Shown piece after piece: positions 62,401 through 64,000 of a stretch of DNA of 64,000 bases. The DNA is taken from contig JBEPVD010000006.1 in NCBI GenBank assembly GCA_041691155.1, forward strand, positions 4,402-68,401, read 5' to 3'. How positions within the stretch are numbered: the first letter of the stretch is position 1; every line of letters starts with the position of its first letter. Both the position numbers and the translations under genes were made by a program. A model generated the notes under the pieces. It had not been told where the DNA came from and did no database searches. It saw nothing but the letters and a program-made list of their open reading frames with translations. Source of the stretch: Candidatus Dormiibacterota bacterium. GTDB lineage: Bacteria > Chloroflexota > Dormibacteria > Aeolococcales > Aeolococcaceae.

Positions 62401-63371
62401 GCGGTGATCGGGTGGGCGCCGACGATGAGCGTGCTGATGACGCACGTCGCCTTGCCCGATGCCGGCACCGCCTGCGCGTTGCAGGTGGGAATGTCGACAC
62501 CGCCGTCCTGGAAGTCCACCGTGCCGGTGCGCGTGCCGGTTGCGGGAGCTGTCGCGGCGACGGTCGCGGTGAGGGTCACCGCCTGCCCTGTGCTCGAGGG
62601 GTTGACGGATGCGGCGAGCGCCGTCGTCGTGGCGCCGTCGTTGACGGTCTGGGTCAGGTTCGAGGATGTCGATGTGGTGAAGTTGGCGTCACCGCTATAG
62701 ATCGCGGTGATCGCGTGTGACCCGGGCCCGGCGTAGGCGATCGCGCAGGTGGCCGCACCCGCGGCGGACACGGCCCTCACGCCGCATCCGGCGATCGTCA
62801 GGCCGCCGTCCCCGAAGTTGACGGTACCGCTGCGCGTGCCCGCGGCGGGGGCGGTTGCCGTGACTGTGGCGGTGTACGTGACGGTCTGGCCGCTGACTGA
62901 GGGGTTCGCGGATGAGACCAGCACTGTGGATGTACCCCCAGCGTTGACGACCTGCACCAGCGGTGCGGACGTGCTCGTCGCGTAGGTGGCGTTGCCGCTG
63001 TAGACCGCGGTGATGGTGTGCGACGCCACTGCGAGGGTGGTGAGCGTGCAGGTGGCGACGCGGGCAGCCACAGTGCGGTTGACGCACGAGGCGATGTTGA
63101 CCCCGCCGTCCTGGAAGGTGACCGTGCCCGTGGGGGCCGGGCTCACCGGCGTGATCGTTGCCGTGAAGGTCACGGACTGACCCCAGGCCGTCGGATTCAC
63201 CGTTCCTGTGAGCGCGGTGGTGGAGACCGAGAGCGCGTGTGCCGTGAGGCCGCCAGACACCAGGGAAAGCGCACCCCCCACCAGGGCCACGCCGAGCTTG
63301 AAAACGGGCCCCCTGCGAGACCCTCTCGATATCACATCCATCTGACTGTGCTCAGGATTGCGCCCGAACAT
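59487..63371 (-). CDS. surface protein with 12 tandem bacterial Ig-like domains and a C-terminal TM anchor/sorting-like signal
   Basis: Signal peptide, then 12 units matching NPS..GQ.VT.TATV...AP..GT.TGTV.F.DGG..I.GC......G.ATC......G.H.ITA.Y.GD.NF..STS. The tail is PQIPTPDAGANAGASG, a hydrophobic helix, then RRRR. Confidence 0.85.
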   Translation of the reverse strand: MFGRNPEHSQMDVISRGSRRGPVFKLGVALVGGALSLVSGGLTAHALSVSTTALTGTVNPTAWGQSVTFTATITPVSPAPTGTVTFQDGGVNIASCVNRTVAARVATCTLTTLAVASHTITAVYSGNATYATSTSAPLVQVVNAGGTSTVLVSSANPSVSGQTVTYTATVTATAPAAGTRSGTVNFGDGGLTIAGCGVRAVSAAGAATCAIAYAGPGSHAITAIYSGDANFTTSTSSNLTQTVNDGATTTALAASVNPSSTGQAVTLTATVAATAPATGTRTGTVDFQDGGVDIPTCNAQAVPASGKATCVISTLIVGAHPITAIYSGDGNFTGSTSSILSQNVGQGNTTTKVVSSLNPSNTGVTVTFTATVSPVAPAKGTGTGTVDFQVGGVDIAGCAAQALSGAATATCATSTLPAGVDPITAVYSGDTNFTTSTSPALTQTVINTTATGVVSSANPSVFGQTIIYSATVSGGPVATGTITFRDGGSNIAGCVAVPMVAGVATCAATPALGSRSITAVYGGDATHAASTSPALTQVVTAASTTTVITSTVNPSVFGQSVTFTATVTVTAPGGGTATGNVAFQNGGANIAGCSSVALVAGVATCTTSALTAGGRAITGLFKGSADFLTSTSPEFTETVNKGVTAAIVLSSLDPSVSGQSVTYTATVSVVAPALGTPTGSVAFQDGGVTIAGCGAKALPAGGTATCTVSYAGAGTHTISVIYAGDANFTAATSSTLTQTVSPASTSTAVASSLNPSVTGQSVTIMATLSVVAPGSGAPTGTVDFQAAGADITGCTAQPLVANQATCAVSTLATGPNAISATYSGDADFSTSTSPILTQTIDQGATTTLATSSANPSVSGQSVTYNATVSAVAPSAGTPTGTIAFTDGGSPISGCGAQPVVGGVASCSATYAGVGMHAITATYTGDTDFTGSTSVTLTQKINQGATATMVTSSTNPSVSGETVAFTATITAVAPATGTLTGTATFMDGGAPLPGCGLIAAIADTATCTVTYAGAGSHPITVVYSGDVDFLSSTSAPFTHTVNQGATTTLVAPSVNPALPGLEVTYTAAVVATSPAAGTPTGTVTFMDGASSITGCIALPLASGVATCDPTYASAGSHVITATYSGDANFTGSASPMVTESVVHGTTSISLTSASTMWPADVAGTITATVSPVAPATGVATGTVTFLDGGAPIAGCSTQPLVNGVASCSVAYAVDGTSTITALYNGDGAFTASTSPAFTVTVYNDPQIPTPDAGANAGASGLWASLAAGLGIMFIALGACVRRRRCSTGALIRGDR
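59649..63233 (-). repeat. 12 diverged tandem coding repeats of about 300 nt (95-101 codons each)
   Basis: Hand parsing of the protein into 12 units. Each has two conserved Cys about 13-14 residues apart. The periodicity also appears as regularly spaced shadow ORFs of 87-102 codons on the plus strand. Confidence 0.85.
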
Positions 63372-63550
63372 CCCTGCGATGGATGAGTTTTCGCGCCGTG
63401 GGAGAACTCGTGACCCACGAGCGACCGTGCGTGACCTGAGGCCAACACTGTCATCCGCAGGCAGGGGAGTCTGAGGGGCTGACGCACGCTGTCACTCGGG
63501 CGCGACAGGGCGCCATTCGCTCCCAGACAGGTCCGACACTGGTCTTAAGA

Positions 63551-63994
63551 CTAGGAGATCAGCGCCGTCCGCTCATGGCCCGCGCTGGCCACTGCAACGA
63601 CGTCACGGGGCCTCACCCGTTCGCCACACGAGGCGCACACCATGACGGCTTCACAAACGTTGCCGCACGCCTTGTGGATCACGGTCATCGGAGGACCGGC
63701 AGGCGCGACGTGCCGGTCTCCCCACTGGCGCATGGCGGTGACCACCGGCCAGAGATCGCGGCCTTTGTCAGTCAGCCGGTAGTCGTCGCGAGGCGGATGT
63801 GCGGAATAGGGAACTCGTGCCAGGACCTCGGCGTTGACGAGCTTGTCGAGGCGCTCATGCAGGATGTTTCGTGAGATCCCGAGCCGCCGCTGGAACTGGT
63901 CGAAGCGTGTGATGCCGAGGAAGGCGTCACGGACGATGAGCATGCTCCACCACTCGCCGACGACCTCGAGGCACTGTGCCACCGAGCAATCCAT
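63551..63994 (-). CDS. HxlR family transcriptional regulator with Cys-rich C-terminal extension
   Basis: HxlR wHTH core (VVGEWWSMLIVRDAFLGITRFDQFQRRLGISRNILHERLDKLV) and a C-terminal CGNVC...CASCG cluster. Confidence 0.8.
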   Translation of the reverse strand: MDCSVAQCLEVVGEWWSMLIVRDAFLGITRFDQFQRRLGISRNILHERLDKLVNAEVLARVPYSAHPPRDDYRLTDKGRDLWPVVTAMRQWGDRHVAPAGPPMTVIHKACGNVCEAVMVCASCGERVRPRDVVAVASAGHERTALIS

Positions 63995-64000
63995 ACCAGC

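Noticed and set aside
59716-62720. Regularly spaced plus-strand ORFs of 87-102 aa (e.g. 59716..60009, 60346..60645, 60646..60909, 62101..62397, 62404..62700, 62412..62720) that might be taken for a family of small genes or a repeat-spacer array
   Set aside because: They are antisense shadows of the 12 tandem Ig-like coding repeats. The period of about 300 nt equals one Ig domain. The units are diverged coding sequence, not short identical repeats with unique spacers, so this is not a CRISPR array.
63233-63341. Twin-arginine (Tat) signal on the Ig-repeat protein (SRRGPVFKLG)
   Set aside because: An RR is present, but the spacing deviates from S/T-R-R-x-F-L-K. This cannot be decided by eye, so it is treated as a generic signal peptide.
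1-64000. Search for tRNA, rRNA, CRISPR arrays, IS elements, integrases or phage genes
   Set aside because: No intergenic gap contains a cloverleaf-like or rRNA-like sequence. There are no short identical direct repeats with spacers, and no transposase, integrase or recombinase motifs in any frame that I read.

Overview
Visibly GC-rich segment with strong GC3 coding bias (GC not computed). Gene content is actinobacterial in type, including a mycothiol-dependent DinB/MDMPI-type enzyme, a DDN-type deazaflavin oxidoreductase, and many TetR regulators and leaderless-looking starts. I support about 60 protein-coding genes. By eye I found no rRNA, tRNA, CRISPR array, transposase or integrase. Layout: (i) 0-23.5 kb is a mosaic of small redox and detoxification enzymes (cupins, SDR, VOC/glyoxalase, alpha/beta hydrolases, MBL, MDR dehydrogenase), each next to a local regulator (five TetR here plus a sixth at 43.8 kb, HxlR, MocR, AraC). 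Two paralogous divergent TetR-MFS(DHA2) modules occur in the window (12.1-14.3 kb and 42.2-44.4 kb). They share a palindromic operator-like site, and the first MFS copy is broken by a single in-frame TAG. (ii) 23.7-31.5 kb holds a secreted S8 protease ending in 16 exact-period GSSWS pentapeptides, a membrane GAF-GGDEF-EAL protein, a Moco-oxidoreductase/FNR-like/zinc-ribbon trio, a UPF0104 membrane protein and a cold-shock gene. (iii) 32-44.5 kb holds a three-domain fusion (aldo/keto reductase, P-loop kinase, HAD-like domain lacking its catalytic Asp residues), an OmpR/HK pair followed by an NHL-propeller secreted protein and a Cys-rich secreted protein, then an aldolase, DUF2252 and DsbA. (iv) 45-63.4 kb is a cell-envelope island and the most unusual part. 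It has a six-gene translationally coupled glycan operon (2 GT4, NPP-type phosphodiesterase, Wzx-like flippase, nucleotidyltransferase-fold protein, 720-aa GT-C-like protein). Divergent from it are a small Cys-rich secreted protein and a 1326-aa GT-C-like protein. Further on is a 1294-aa surface protein of 12 tandem Ig-like repeats with a non-LPXTG C-terminal sorting-like signal, followed by two unknown small proteins. All functional calls come from motif recognition in the translated ORFs; no database search was run.
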